Shown piece by piece: positions 1 to 11,868 of a stretch of 64,000 nucleotides of DNA. The stretch's first letter is position 1, and each line of letters opens with the position of its first letter. A model generated the notes under the pieces. That model did not search any database and was not told the DNA's origin. It saw nothing but the letters and a program-made list of their open reading frames with translations. The stretch covers positions 13,449 through 77,448 of the forward strand of contig CAVQUV010000010.1 of the NCBI GenBank assembly GCA_963716855.1, in the 5' to 3' direction. This stretch comes from an uncultured beta proteobacterium. Lineage in GTDB: Bacteria > Pseudomonadota > Gammaproteobacteria > Burkholderiales > SG8-39. A program made the position numbers and the translations under genes.

Positions 1-93
1 CGAGCGCTCGCGGCTCGCGGACCACGCGGCGGAAGCGCTGTAGACGGAGTCGCCTGGGCCCGTCCGGGCGATGGCGGCCTCCCTCTCCGCGGG

Positions 94-1497
94 TCAGAAC
101 CCGCTCGGCGCGGCGTAGTTCTCGAACCGGGTGTACTGGCCGAGGAAGGTGAGATTGACCGTGCCGATCGGGCCGTTGCGCTGCTTGCCGACGATGATCT
201 CGGCTTTCCCCTTCTCGCCGCTGTCGCGGTTGTAGACCTCGTCGCGGTAGATGAAGAGGATCACGTCGGCGTCCTGCTCGAGGGCGCCCGACTCGCGCAG
301 GTCCGACATCATCGGGCGCTTGTCGTTGCGGCTCTCGACGCTGCGGTTGAGCTGGGAGAGCGCCACCACCGGAACCGAGAGCTCCTTCGCGAGCGCCTTC
401 AGCGAGCGCGAGATCTCCGAGAGCTCGGTCGCGCGGTTCTCGTCGCGCCGGCCGCCGGTGACCATCAGCTGCAGGTAATCGACGACGATCAGCCCGAGCT
501 TGCCGTACTGCCGCGCGAGCCGGCGCGCGCGCGAGCGCAGCTCCAGCGGATTGAGCGAGCCGGTCTCGTCGATATGGATCGGCGCGTCGTGCAGCTTGCC
601 CAGCCCGTCGGCGAGCCGGTTCCAGTCCTCGTCGGAGAGCCGGCCGGTGCGCAGCTTGTGCTGGTCGATGCGGGCCAGCGAGCCGAGCATGCGCGCCGCG
701 AGCTGCGTGCCCGACATTTCCATGCTGAACACCGCCACCGGACGCTTCTCGTGCACCGCGACGTGCTCGCCGATGTTCAGCGCGAACGCGGTCTTGCCCA
801 TGCTCGGTCGACCGGCGACGATCACGAGGTCGCCCTCCTGCAGCCCGGAGGTGATCGTGTCGAGGTCGCGGTAGCCGGTCGGCACGCCGGTCACGTCGCT
901 CGGATTGTCGCGGCTGTAGAGGAAGTCGACCCGCTCCATCACCTGCGAGAGCAGCTGGTGGATGTCGTGGAAGCCGCCGCCGGTGCGGGTGCGCGCCTCG
1001 GCGATCTGGAACACCTTCGACTCGGCCTCGTCGAGCAGCTGCCCGACCTCCTTGCCCGCCGGGCTGAACGCGCTGTCCGCGATCTCGTTGCCGACCGCGA
1101 CGAGGTGCCGCATGATCGCGCGCTCGCGCACGATCTCGGCGTAGCGGCGGATGTTGTGCGCCGACGGCGTGTTCTGCGCGAGGCTCGCCAGGTAGGCGAG
1201 CCCGCCCGCCCGGTCCTTGTCCTCGCCCGACTCGATCGACTCGGCGACCGTGACGACGTCGGCGGGCTTGCCCTGCTCGATGAGCTTCGCGATGTGCCGG
1301 AAGATGCGCCGGTGATCGTCGCGGTAGAAGTCGTCGAGGGCGATCGTGTCGCCGATGCGGTCCCACGCGCCGTTGTCGAGAAGCAGTCCGCCGAGGACCG
1401 ACTGCTCGGCCTCGATGGAATGCGGCGGGACCTTCAGGCTGACGAGCTGGCCGTCGGCCGCAGCCGGGCTCGGACTTTGGGTGAGGGGCTGCGCCAT
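94..1497 (-). CDS. dnaB: Replicative DNA helicase
   Basis: PPHSIEAEQSVLGG N-terminus, Walker A GRPSMGKT, DYLQL, SDLRESGALEQDAD; follows rplI. Confidence 0.98.
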   Translation of the reverse strand: MAQPLTQSPSPAAADGQLVSLKVPPHSIEAEQSVLGGLLLDNGAWDRIGDTIALDDFYRDDHRRIFRHIAKLIEQGKPADVVTVAESIESGEDKDRAGGLAYLASLAQNTPSAHNIRRYAEIVRERAIMRHLVAVGNEIADSAFSPAGKEVGQLLDEAESKVFQIAEARTRTGGGFHDIHQLLSQVMERVDFLYSRDNPSDVTGVPTGYRDLDTITSGLQEGDLVIVAGRPSMGKTAFALNIGEHVAVHEKRPVAVFSMEMSGTQLAARMLGSLARIDQHKLRTGRLSDEDWNRLADGLGKLHDAPIHIDETGSLNPLELRSRARRLARQYGKLGLIVVDYLQLMVTGGRRDENRATELSEISRSLKALAKELSVPVVALSQLNRSVESRNDKRPMMSDLRESGALEQDADVILFIYRDEVYNRDSGEKGKAEIIVGKQRNGPIGTVNLTFLGQYTRFENYAAPSGF

Positions 1498-1517
1498 GGC
1501 CGTGAATTCTACCCTTC

Positions 1518-1546
1518 AAAAGGACGGGGGCCGCAGCGCGGCCCCC
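1518..1546 (-). terminator. Probable intrinsic terminator after rplI
   Basis: GGGGGCCGC-N3-GCGGCCCCC hairpin followed by GTCCTTTT on minus strand. Confidence 0.55.
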
Positions 1547-1591
1547 GGTGAATCCCTACGGGCGGAGCCCGTTCCTTATTGTCGCGGCGCC

Positions 1592-2041
1592 TCAGCTCTC
1601 TCCGATGACCGACACCTTGATGTGCACGACGACGTCGCTGTGCAGCGCGAGCGCGAGGTCGTAGTCGCCGATCGCCTTGAGCGGCCCTTGCGGCAGCCGG
1701 ATCGCGGCGCGCTCGACTTCGTGGCCGAGGGCCTGCAGCGCCTCGGCAATGTCGTACGTCGTGACCGAGCCGAACAGGCGGCCGTCGACACCGGCCTTGC
1801 GCGTGATCGGGACCGCAAGGCCGTCGATCCTCGCGCCGCGCTCCTGGGCCGCAGCCAGGGCGTCGGCCTGGTTCTTCTCCAGATCGGCGCGGCGCGTTTC
1901 GAACTCCGCCATGCTTTCCGGCGTCGCGCGCTTGGCCTTGCCCTGCGGGATCAGGAAGTTGCGCGCGAACCCGTCCTTCACCTTGACGACGTCGCCGAGC
2001 CCGCCGAGGTTGACGACCTTCTCGAGGAGGATGACCTGCAT
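1592..2041 (-). CDS. rplI: 50S ribosomal protein L9
   Basis: [40 protein letters not shown]; start reassigned to ATG at 2041. Confidence 0.97.
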   Translation of the reverse strand: MQVILLEKVVNLGGLGDVVKVKDGFARNFLIPQGKAKRATPESMAEFETRRADLEKNQADALAAAQERGARIDGLAVPITRKAGVDGRLFGSVTTYDIAEALQALGHEVERAAIRLPQGPLKAIGDYDLALALHSDVVVHIKVSVIGES

Positions 2042-2045
2042 GGCT

Positions 2046-2363
2046 CTAGCGCCCCCCGTGGAGGTCGGTGTACGGCAGCAGCGCGAGATAGCGCGCGCGC
2101 TTGATCGCATCCGACAGCTGACGTTGATAGCCGGTCTTCGTGCCGGTGATTCGCGCCGGGATGATCTTGCCGTTCTCGCCGACGAAGTCCTTGAGCAGAT
2201 CGACGTCCTTGTAGTCGATCCACGCGATCTTCTCGGCGGTGAACCGGCAGAACTTCCGCCGCTTGAACAGCTGGCGCGACCCGCCGCGCTCGCGGCCGCG
2301 CGCGTCCTTCTTCGCATTGCGGCCACCGCGGCCGCCGCTACGTCCTCTGCTGGGAGGAGGCAT
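2046..2363 (-). CDS. rpsR: 30S ribosomal protein S18
   Basis: [37 protein letters not shown]. Confidence 0.97.
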   Translation of the reverse strand: MPPPSRGRSGGRGGRNAKKDARGRERGGSRQLFKRRKFCRFTAEKIAWIDYKDVDLLKDFVGENGKIIPARITGTKTGYQRQLSDAIKRARYLALLPYTDLHGGR

Positions 2364-2673
2364 CTCGATCTCCTTCTTTGAATTCCAATTCGGTTACGTG
2401 CAGCACCAGCTGCCGGCTCGACTTGCCCTTGCGGGCGAGGAATCCCGCAGTCACCACCCCGGCGCCCAGGGGCGCCGCAGCGACGAGCCGGGCGAGTTCC
2501 TCGACCGCGACGCAGGCCATCTCCATCTCGACTTCGCGCGCGGCGCCGGCCTCGTCGTGCCGCGACGCATGCGCCACCTGGAAGCTCACGATCGGAACGC
2601 CTGCAGGGGTGTAGCGGAGCGCGTCGCGCGCGGCCAAAGTGCCAGCCAGGACCAGCCGGTTGCCGGGATCCAA
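2338..2673 (-). CDS. priB: Primosomal replication protein N
   Basis: [16 protein letters not shown]; lies between rpsF and rpsR; TTG start inferred. Confidence 0.88.
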   Translation of the reverse strand: MDPGNRLVLAGTLAARDALRYTPAGVPIVSFQVAHASRHDEAGAAREVEMEMACVAVEELARLVAAAPLGAGVVTAGFLARKGKSSRQLVLHVTELEFKEGDRDASSQQRT

Positions 2674-2684
2674 TCGCGCCTGCG

Positions 2685-3101
2685 TCAGGCGCGCGCCTCG
2701 GCGGGCTTGCTGGTTTCTGACCTGCTGGCTTCGGGCCTGACGGCTTCCCTCGCTCCCTCCTGGCCGAGCAGGGATTTCGACTTCTCCTCCTTCATCATCG
2801 GCGAAGGCGCGGTGACCGGTCCCTTCATCTTGACGATGAGGTGACGCAGCACCGCGTCGTTGAACTTGAACGAGTGCTCGAGCTCGCCGAGCGTCTCGTT
2901 GTCGCACTCGATGTTCATGAGCACGTAGTGCGCCTTGTGGACCTTCTCGATCGGGTACGCGAGCTGGCGGCGCCCCCAGTCCTCGAGCCGGTGAACCTTG
3001 CCCTGGCGCGCGCCGACCGCGTTGCGATAGCGCTCGACCATGGCGGGCACCTGCTCGCTCTGGTCCGGATGGACGATGAAAACGACTTCGTAGTGCCGCA
3101 T
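2685..3101 (-). CDS. rpsF: 30S ribosomal protein S6
   Basis: [33 protein letters not shown]; AAGGAG SD. Confidence 0.98.
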   Translation of the reverse strand: MRHYEVVFIVHPDQSEQVPAMVERYRNAVGARQGKVHRLEDWGRRQLAYPIEKVHKAHYVLMNIECDNETLGELEHSFKFNDAVLRHLIVKMKGPVTAPSPMMKEEKSKSLLGQEGAREAVRPEASRSETSKPAEARA

Positions 3102-3250
3102 GGGGTCTCCTTGTGGGTGATCGGGGCTCCCCCGACTTGGGGGAGCTACGAGGGGCGAGTGAAGGGTCGGGACCCTTCACTCAATCTTGCTGCCCCCTCG
3201 TTCCCGAGGTTAAGCCTCCCGGCATGGGCGACCGGTGAGGCAAGGAAAGC
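3102..3250 (-). promoter_or_regulatory. S6:S18 autoregulatory leader carrying an internal insertion
   Basis: UUCCUUGCCUC...GAGGCU helix; UUCCUUG is complementary to the CAAGGAG SD; resembles the proteobacterial rpsF leader. Confidence 0.65.
3157..3182. repeat. REP-like perfect palindrome
   Basis: GAGTGAAGGGTC-GG-GACCCTTCACTC, 12-bp inverted repeat. Confidence 0.7.
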
Positions 3251-3275
3251 GGGCGTGGCGCCCGGAAAGCCGCGC

Positions 3276-3304
3276 ATTATAGCGGCCTCGACGGCCCTGG
3301 GCAA
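3276..3304 (-). promoter_or_regulatory. sigma70 promoter of the rpsF operon
   Basis: TTGCCC-N17-TATAAT on minus strand. Confidence 0.75.
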
Positions 3305-3310
3305 GGCAAA

Positions 3311-4069
3311 TCAACGACTTGCCGGCGGAGCGGCGACTTGCCGCCGCCGGCGGGACTCGTACAGGCACAGCCCCGCCGCCACCGAGACGTTCAGGCTCTC
3401 GACCTGGCCGTGCATCGGGATTCGCACCAGCTTGTCGCAACGCTCGCGCGTAAGACGCCGCATCCCCTCGCCTTCGGACCCCAGCACCCAAGCGATCGCC
3501 CCGGGAAGGTCGGTTCCATAGAGGTCGTCCGCCCCCTCCTCGGCCGCGCCGATGACCCAGATTCCCCGCTCCTTGATCGCGTCGAGCGTGCGCGCAAGGT
3601 TCGTGGCGGCGAGGAACGGCACGCTTTCGGTTGCGCCGCTCGCCACCTTGGTGACGGTCGGCGAGAGTCCCGCGCTGCGGTCCTTCGGCACGATCACCGC
3701 GTGCGCACCGGCCGCGTCGGCCACCCGCAGGCAGGCCCCGAGATTGTGCGGATCGGTGACCCCGTCGAGCACGAGCAGGAGTGCGGGCTCCTGCAGGCGG
3801 TCGAGCACCTCCTCCAAGGTGGCCTGCTCGTCGCGCCCCGTCACCCGCGCCACGATGCCCTGGTGGCGTCCACCGCCGTAGAACCCGTCCAGACGCTTGC
3901 CGGGCACGCGCATCACGCGCACGCCGGCCGTCTCGGCGACCCGCACCACGTCGGAGAGCCGGCCGTCATGCCGGCTCTCGTCGACCAGGATCTCGACCAC
4001 CGAGGCGGGATTCGTGCGCAGCCGCGCGAGCACCGCGTGGAAGCCGATCAGGACGCGCGCCTCCTTCAT
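3311..4069 (-). CDS. rlmB: 23S rRNA Gm2251 methyltransferase
   Basis: HQGIVA, DGVTDPHNLGAC, GSEGEGMRRL, ESLNVSVA SPOUT motifs; ATGA overlap with rnr. Confidence 0.96.
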   Translation of the reverse strand: MKEARVLIGFHAVLARLRTNPASVVEILVDESRHDGRLSDVVRVAETAGVRVMRVPGKRLDGFYGGGRHQGIVARVTGRDEQATLEEVLDRLQEPALLLVLDGVTDPHNLGACLRVADAAGAHAVIVPKDRSAGLSPTVTKVASGATESVPFLAATNLARTLDAIKERGIWVIGAAEEGADDLYGTDLPGAIAWVLGSEGEGMRRLTRERCDKLVRIPMHGQVESLNVSVAAGLCLYESRRRRQVAAPPASR

Positions 4070-6258
4070 GCCGGCACGAAGTCGATGCGACCGAGCTCCA
4101 GGTCCACGCGCACGACGCGCACGCGCACGCGGTCGGCCAGGCGGAAGGTCTTGCCGGTGCGCTCGCCGCGCAGCGCGTGGTGCACGGGGTCGAAGCGGAA
4201 GTAGTCGCTGCCGAGCTCGGAGATGTGTGCCAGCCCCTCGACGTACACCTCGTCGAGCGCCACGAAGATGCCGAAGCCCGTCACCGCACTGATGCTGCCC
4301 TCGAACTCCTCGCCCACGCGGTCGCGCATGTAGTAGCACTTGAGCCAGGTCTGGACGTCCCGGGTCGCCTCGTCCGCGCGCCGCTCGGTCATCGAGCAGT
4401 GGATGCCGAGCTCGTTCCACTTGCCGGGGGCGTAGGTCGTGCCGGCGAGCGCGGCCTTGATCGCACGGTGGATCACGAGATCGGGATAGCGCCGGATCGG
4501 CGAGGTGAAGTGCGTGTACGACTCGTAGGCGAGTCCGAAGTGGCCGACGTTATCCGGGCTGTACATCGCCTGCCGGAGCGAGCGCAGCAGCACCGTCTGG
4601 AGGAGCTGGACGTCCGGGCGCTTCTTCACCTGCGCCAGCAGCTTCGCGTACTCCTTCGCATGCGGCTCGTCACCGCCGCCCAGATTCAGGCCGAAGCTCT
4701 TCAGGAACTCGCGCAGCGCCTCCAGCTTCTCGGGCGTCGGACCCTCGTGGACGCGGTACAGCGCTTTGTGCTCGCGGCTCTTCAGGAAATCGGAGGCGCA
4801 CACGTTCGCGGCAAGCATGCACTCCTCGATCAGCCGGTGCGCGTCGTTGCGCGGCGCCGGCACGATCCGCGTGATCTTGCCGCGCGCGTCGAACTCCAGC
4901 ACCGTCTCGAGCGTTTCGAAGTCGATCGCGCCGCGCTGCTCGCGCGCCGTGAGCAGCGCGCGAAACACCTGATCCAGCGTTTCCAGGTGGCCGAGGAGCG
5001 GCGCGACGACGCCCTCGACGCGCGCCGGCTTCTCGTAGAGCGCCCGGGCGACCTGGGTGTAGGTCAGGCGCGCGTGCGAACGGATCACCGCGGCATAGAA
5101 CTCGTAGCGCCCGACCTCTCCGCGCGGCGACACGCTCATGTCGCAGACCATCGCCAGCCGGTCCTCGTCGGGGTTGAGCGAGCACAACCCGTTCGAGAGC
5201 TTTTCCGGCAGCATCGGGATCACGCGGCGCGGGAAGTACACCGAATTGCCGCGGTCGCGCGCCTCCAGGTCGAGCGCGTCGTTCGGCTGCACGTAGTAGC
5301 TGACGTCCGCGATGGCCACGCGCAGCCGGAAGCCCCGACCTTCCTTCTCGCAGAACACGGCGTCGTCGAAGTCCTTCGCGGTCTCGCCGTCGATCGTCAC
5401 GAACGGAGCCGCGCGCAGATCGATGCGGCCCGCGCCGTCCGCCGGTCGCACCGTGCGCGGCAGGCGCGCCGCGAGCCGCGTCGCCTCGGGCGTGAATTCG
5501 AACGGCAGCTCGTGCTTGCGCAGCGCGATCTCGATCTCCATGCCCGGGTCGTCATGCGCACCGAGCACCTCGACCACGCGCCCGATGGGCTGCGTGTGGG
5601 CGCCCGGCTGGACGACGATCTCGGCGGTGACCACCTGGCCCGGCTTGGATCCGGCCGTGGCGCCGGGCTCGATCAGCAGGTTGTGCTGGATGCGCCGATC
5701 GGCGGCGGCGACGAACGCGACGCCGTGCTCGACGTGCAGCCGGCCGACGATGCGCGAGCGAGCGCGCTCCACCACTTCGACGATCCGCGCCTCCCGGCGC
5801 CCGCGCCGGTCGTAGCCGGACGGCTGGGCGAGCACCCGATCGCCGTGCATGACCTGCTTCATCTCGCCCGGCGGGAGATAGAGATCGCCCGAACCGTCGT
5901 CAGGCGCCAGGAAGCCGTAGCCGTCCGGGTGCGCCTCGACGCGCCCGCGCACGACGTCGACCTTCTGCGCGACGAGGATCGCGCCCTTGCGGTTGCGCAG
6001 GATCTGCCCGTCGCGCTCCATCGCGGCGAGCCGCCGCGCGAACCCCTCCGCCTCCTGCCGCTTCACGCCCACGAGCTTCGCGAGCGTGCGCTCGTCGACC
6101 GGGACCGCCTCCGCCTCGAGCGCCTGCAGGATGAACTCGCGGCTGGGCAGCGGCTCGGCATAGCGGCTCGCTTCGCGCGCGTAGTGCGGGTCCGCGGCAC
6201 GGCGGCCCGCGCGCTTGCCGGCACGCGGTGCGGGTACCTCTTTACGCTTCGCGTTCAT
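4066..6258 (-). CDS. rnr: Ribonuclease R
   Basis: TIDGETAKDFDDA, HFTSPIRRYPD, cold-shock and S1 domains. Confidence 0.97.
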   Translation of the reverse strand: MNAKRKEVPAPRAGKRAGRRAADPHYAREASRYAEPLPSREFILQALEAEAVPVDERTLAKLVGVKRQEAEGFARRLAAMERDGQILRNRKGAILVAQKVDVVRGRVEAHPDGYGFLAPDDGSGDLYLPPGEMKQVMHGDRVLAQPSGYDRRGRREARIVEVVERARSRIVGRLHVEHGVAFVAAADRRIQHNLLIEPGATAGSKPGQVVTAEIVVQPGAHTQPIGRVVEVLGAHDDPGMEIEIALRKHELPFEFTPEATRLAARLPRTVRPADGAGRIDLRAAPFVTIDGETAKDFDDAVFCEKEGRGFRLRVAIADVSYYVQPNDALDLEARDRGNSVYFPRRVIPMLPEKLSNGLCSLNPDEDRLAMVCDMSVSPRGEVGRYEFYAAVIRSHARLTYTQVARALYEKPARVEGVVAPLLGHLETLDQVFRALLTAREQRGAIDFETLETVLEFDARGKITRIVPAPRNDAHRLIEECMLAANVCASDFLKSREHKALYRVHEGPTPEKLEALREFLKSFGLNLGGGDEPHAKEYAKLLAQVKKRPDVQLLQTVLLRSLRQAMYSPDNVGHFGLAYESYTHFTSPIRRYPDLVIHRAIKAALAGTTYAPGKWNELGIHCSMTERRADEATRDVQTWLKCYYMRDRVGEEFEGSISAVTGFGIFVALDEVYVEGLAHISELGSDYFRFDPVHHALRGERTGKTFRLADRVRVRVVRVDLELGRIDFVPA

Positions 6259-6286
6259 TGATGAGCGCCGGTGATTGAATTAGAAT
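6258..6286 (+). promoter_or_regulatory. sigma70 promoter for tRNA-Leu
   Basis: TTGATG-N17-TAGAAT just upstream of the tRNA. Confidence 0.6.
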
Positions 6287-6297
6287 TCGCGCCGCGT

Positions 6298-6384
6298 GCC
6301 GAGGTGGCGAAATTGGTAGACGCACTAGGTTCAGGTCCTAGCGGTGGCAACACTGTGGGGGTTCGAGTCCCTTCCTCGGCACCA
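6298..6384 (+). tRNA. tRNA-Leu(CAG)
   Basis: GCCGAGG/CCTCGGC acceptor stem, anticodon arm CTAGG-TTCAGGT-CCTAG, long variable arm, GTTCGAGTC T-loop, encoded CCA. Confidence 0.97.
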
Positions 6385-6469
6385 CCGACCCCTCTTCTCC
6401 TGACGACGTAGCCCGCGCCGCGGGCGGCGGCGCCCGGCATTCCGGCTGCAGCCCTCCCCGCGTGTGCGC

Positions 6470-6979
6470 TCACGCGGTGCGCGTGCGCAGGTCTTCGGCG
6501 CTCATCAGGTCGTAGGGCTCGAACGGCTGGTGGATCCAGGGGTTCTCGGCGAGATACTCGACGTAATAGTCGGGCTTGTACCGCGAACACTGCTTGTACC
6601 AGAGCACCGCGGTGCGGATTTCCGTCACTGCCGGGTGCGCCTCCATGATGTGCCGCTTCACCGCGTCCAGCGTGACGCCCGAGTCGACCAGGTCGTCGAC
6701 GAGCAGCACCCGCTCGCCGATGCCGTCGGTCGTCATCGACATGTGCTTCGACAACGTGAGCTCGCCGCGGTGCGTCCCCGCCTCGCCGGTATACGAGCTG
6801 GTGAAGATGATCGCGAGCGGCAGCTTGAAGATGCGCGACATCACGTCGCCCACCCGCAGGCCGCCGCGCGCAATGCACACGATCTGGTTGAACTTCCACC
6901 CCGATTCGTGCACCTGCCGCGCGAGCCGCTCGATCGTCTTATGGTAATCGGACCAGCTGACGTAGAGGTCTCCTGCCAT
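6470..6979 (-). CDS. Purine phosphoribosyltransferase (Gpt/Hpt-like)
   Basis: IARGG and VLLVDDLVDSGVT PRPP motif; downstream of purA. Confidence 0.9.
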   Translation of the reverse strand: MAGDLYVSWSDYHKTIERLARQVHESGWKFNQIVCIARGGLRVGDVMSRIFKLPLAIIFTSSYTGEAGTHRGELTLSKHMSMTTDGIGERVLLVDDLVDSGVTLDAVKRHIMEAHPAVTEIRTAVLWYKQCSRYKPDYYVEYLAENPWIHQPFEPYDLMSAEDLRTRTA

Positions 6980-7018
6980 CGTTCTCGCGCCCGTTTCGTC
7001 CTTAAAGCGTCCAACATT

Positions 7019-7040
7019 ATGAGGGGACACGTCCCCTCAT
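7019..7040. repeat. REP-like perfect palindrome
   Basis: ATGAGGGGAC-AC-GTCCCCTCAT, 10-bp inverted repeat. Confidence 0.65.
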
Positions 7041-7084
7041 GCTCCCCTAAGTCAGACGCCTGACGGTCACTCTGTCAGGCGCTT

Positions 7085-9552
<2,468 letters not shown>

Positions 9553-9583
9553 GGGAGGCCGCGCCTTGCGAGAGCGCCGGGTG

Positions 9584-9769
9584 CTACCGCGCCAGCGCGA
9601 CGAGCGCGAGGCCGAGAAGCATCGAGGCGAGGCCGGCGAAGCGCAGCTGGCCGTCCGTGAACGCCATGAGCCGCCGGAACATGTCGCGCCACGCGGCCGG
9701 AGCGAGGAACGGGAGCAGGCCCTCGAGCACGAGCATCAGCCCGAGGGCCATGAGCAACGCGCCTCCCAT
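9584..9769 (-). CDS. DUF2065 (YjeT-like) membrane protein
   Basis: [19 protein letters not shown]; canonical position after hflC. Confidence 0.9.
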   Translation of the reverse strand: MGGALLMALGLMLVLEGLLPFLAPAAWRDMFRRLMAFTDGQLRFAGLASMLLGLALVALAR

Positions 9770-9772
9770 CGC

Positions 9773-10666
9773 CTATTTGCCGGCGGGTGCGGTGCGCGGC
9801 CCGCCGGGATTCTTCAGGTACTTGAAGAAGTCCGAACTGGGATCTAGGACGAGTACGTCGGAGCGGCTGCGGAAGCTCGCGCGGTAGGCGTCCAGGCTGC
9901 GGTAGAAGGCGTAGAACTCGGCGTTCTCGCCGAAGGCGCGCGCGTAGACCGCGGCGGCGCGCGCATCGCCCTCGCCCTTCACCCGCTGCGCGTCGCGGTA
10001 GGCCTCGGCAATGATGACCTCGCGGTCCTTGTCCGCCTCGGCGCGGATCTTCTCCGCGTCGGAGAAACCCTGCGAGCGCAGCTCGGCCGCCACCGCACGC
10101 CGCTCCGCCTCCATGCGCCGGTACACCGCCTCGCTCACCTCGGGCGGCAGCTCGACGCGCTTCAGGCGCACGTCGACGATCTGCACGCCGATCCGTTTCG
10201 CGTCGTCCTCGAGCTTCTCGCGCACCACTTTCATGATCTTGTCGCGCTCGCCCGAGATCACTTCTTGAACGGTGCGCTTGCCGAACTCCTCGCGCAGGGT
10301 CGAGTTGACGGTCTGATTCAGGCGCGTCACCGCGAGCGGCTCGTCGCCGCGCACGCTGACGTAGTACTGCTTCACGTCGGCGATGCGCCACATCACGAAC
10401 GAGTCCACCAGCACGTTCTTCTTCTCGGAAGTGATGAAGCGCTCGGCGTCCGGGGTGTCGAGCGTGAGAATCCGCGTGTCGAAGTAGCGGACGTTCTGGA
10501 TCAGCGGAATCTTGAACTTGAGGCCCGGCTCGGCGACCACGCTCTTGATCTCGCCGAGCTGGAATACGATCGCGCTCTCGCGCTGATCGACGGTGAACAG
10601 CGACAGGCTCGCCACCACCGCCGCCACGACGAGCACGCCGAGGGTCGCGCCGAGTCCGCCCCTCAT
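9773..10666 (-). CDS. hflC: Protease modulator HflC
   Basis: SPFH domain, RMEAER, EFYAFYRSL. Confidence 0.96.
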   Translation of the reverse strand: MRGGLGATLGVLVVAAVVASLSLFTVDQRESAIVFQLGEIKSVVAEPGLKFKIPLIQNVRYFDTRILTLDTPDAERFITSEKKNVLVDSFVMWRIADVKQYYVSVRGDEPLAVTRLNQTVNSTLREEFGKRTVQEVISGERDKIMKVVREKLEDDAKRIGVQIVDVRLKRVELPPEVSEAVYRRMEAERRAVAAELRSQGFSDAEKIRAEADKDREVIIAEAYRDAQRVKGEGDARAAAVYARAFGENAEFYAFYRSLDAYRASFRSRSDVLVLDPSSDFFKYLKNPGGPRTAPAGK

Positions 10667-11868
10667 GGCCGGCCCTCGCGATCACGGCTCCGCAGCGAGT
10701 CGCGCGTGCGCGCAGGCGCCTCGGGCGTCGCGGCCGGCACGTCCGCCGAGCGGGCGCCCGGCAGCCCTTCGCCCGCACCGGAGGCCGGCATCTGCAGGAT
10801 CTTGTCGAGCGGCAGCATCAGCAGGTTTCCGCCCGATCGCGCATCGATCATGATCTTGCTCGTGCTCGTCATGATCTGCTGCATGGTCTCGAGGTAGAGC
10901 CGCTCGCGCGTGACCGCCGGCGCCTTGTTGTACTCGACCAGCACCGAGCGAAAGCGCGCGGCCTCGCCCTCGGCGTTCGCCAGGACCCGCTGACGGTAGC
11001 CGCTCGCCTCCTCGGCGAGCCGCGAAGCCGCACCGCGCGCCTTGGGCACCACGTCGTTGTAGTACGCCTGCCCCTCGCTCTTCTGGCGCTCGAGGTCCTG
11101 CTTCGCCTTGACGGCATCGTCGAACGCGGCCTGCACCTGCTCCGGGGGCTGCGCGTTCTGCATCGTCACGCGGCTGATCGATACGCCCGTCTTGTACCGG
11201 TCCAGGATGTCCTGCATCAGCTTCTGGGCGGAAGCCGCGATCTGCTCGCGCCCTTCGTAGAGCACGAAGTCCATGCTGGACTTGCCGACGATCTCGCGCA
11301 TCCCCGACTCGGCGACCTGCATCACGACCTGCTCGGGCCGCCGGACGTTGAACAGGAAGTCCTCGGGGTCCTTCACCGTGTACTGCACCGCGAACTGGAT
11401 GTCGACGATGTTCTCGTCATCGGTCAGCATCAGGCCTTCGCGCGCCACCTTCGACTTCGGCGTGCCGCGGTAGCCGATTTCGACCGTGCGCACCTGGGAG
11501 ACGTTGACGATCTCGACCGACTGGACGGGATACGGCACGCGCCACCGCAGGCCCGGGCGAGTCGCCTCCGCGTACTTGCCGAAAGTGAGGACGACCCCGC
11601 GCTGGCTCTCGTCCACGATATAGAAGCCGCTGGCAAGCCAGACGACCACGACCAGCGCCGCAAGCAAGCCGAAGCCGCCGCCGAGCTGTCGCAGGCTGGG
11701 CGGTTCGCCGCCGCCTCCCGAGGTGCCGCCGCCGCGCCGCCCGAAGATGCCGGCGAGCCGCTGGTTGAAGTTGCGCCAGAGCTCGTCGAGGTCGGGCGGT
11801 CCCTGGTTCCCGCCACCGCCCCCACCGCCGCCGCCGCGGCGACCCCACTGGGGATCGTTAAGTGACAT
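10663..11868 (-). CDS. hflK: Protease modulator HflK
   Basis: MSLNDPQWG..GPPDLDELW, MLTDDENIV, RERLYLETM. Confidence 0.96.
   Translation of the reverse strand: MSLNDPQWGRRGGGGGGGGGNQGPPDLDELWRNFNQRLAGIFGRRGGGTSGGGGEPPSLRQLGGGFGLLAALVVVVWLASGFYIVDESQRGVVLTFGKYAEATRPGLRWRVPYPVQSVEIVNVSQVRTVEIGYRGTPKSKVAREGLMLTDDENIVDIQFAVQYTVKDPEDFLFNVRRPEQVVMQVAESGMREIVGKSSMDFVLYEGREQIAASAQKLMQDILDRYKTGVSISRVTMQNAQPPEQVQAAFDDAVKAKQDLERQKSEGQAYYNDVVPKARGAASRLAEEASGYRQRVLANAEGEAARFRSVLVEYNKAPAVTRERLYLETMQQIMTSTSKIMIDARSGGNLLMLPLDKILQMPASGAGEGLPGARSADVPAATPEAPARTRDSLRSRDREGRP

Noticed and set aside
3781-6261. 826-aa + strand ORF opposite rnr, and similar long antisense ORFs (13534-15111, 15098-17170, 34601-36730, 36820-38910, 52467-55751, 58172-60508, 60445-62853)
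   Set aside because: Shadow frames of high-GC3 genes: no motifs, fully overlapping well-supported genes
6298-6470. tRNA-Leu as an island integration site
   Set aside because: No integrase and no duplicated tRNA 3' end seen; flanks are core genes
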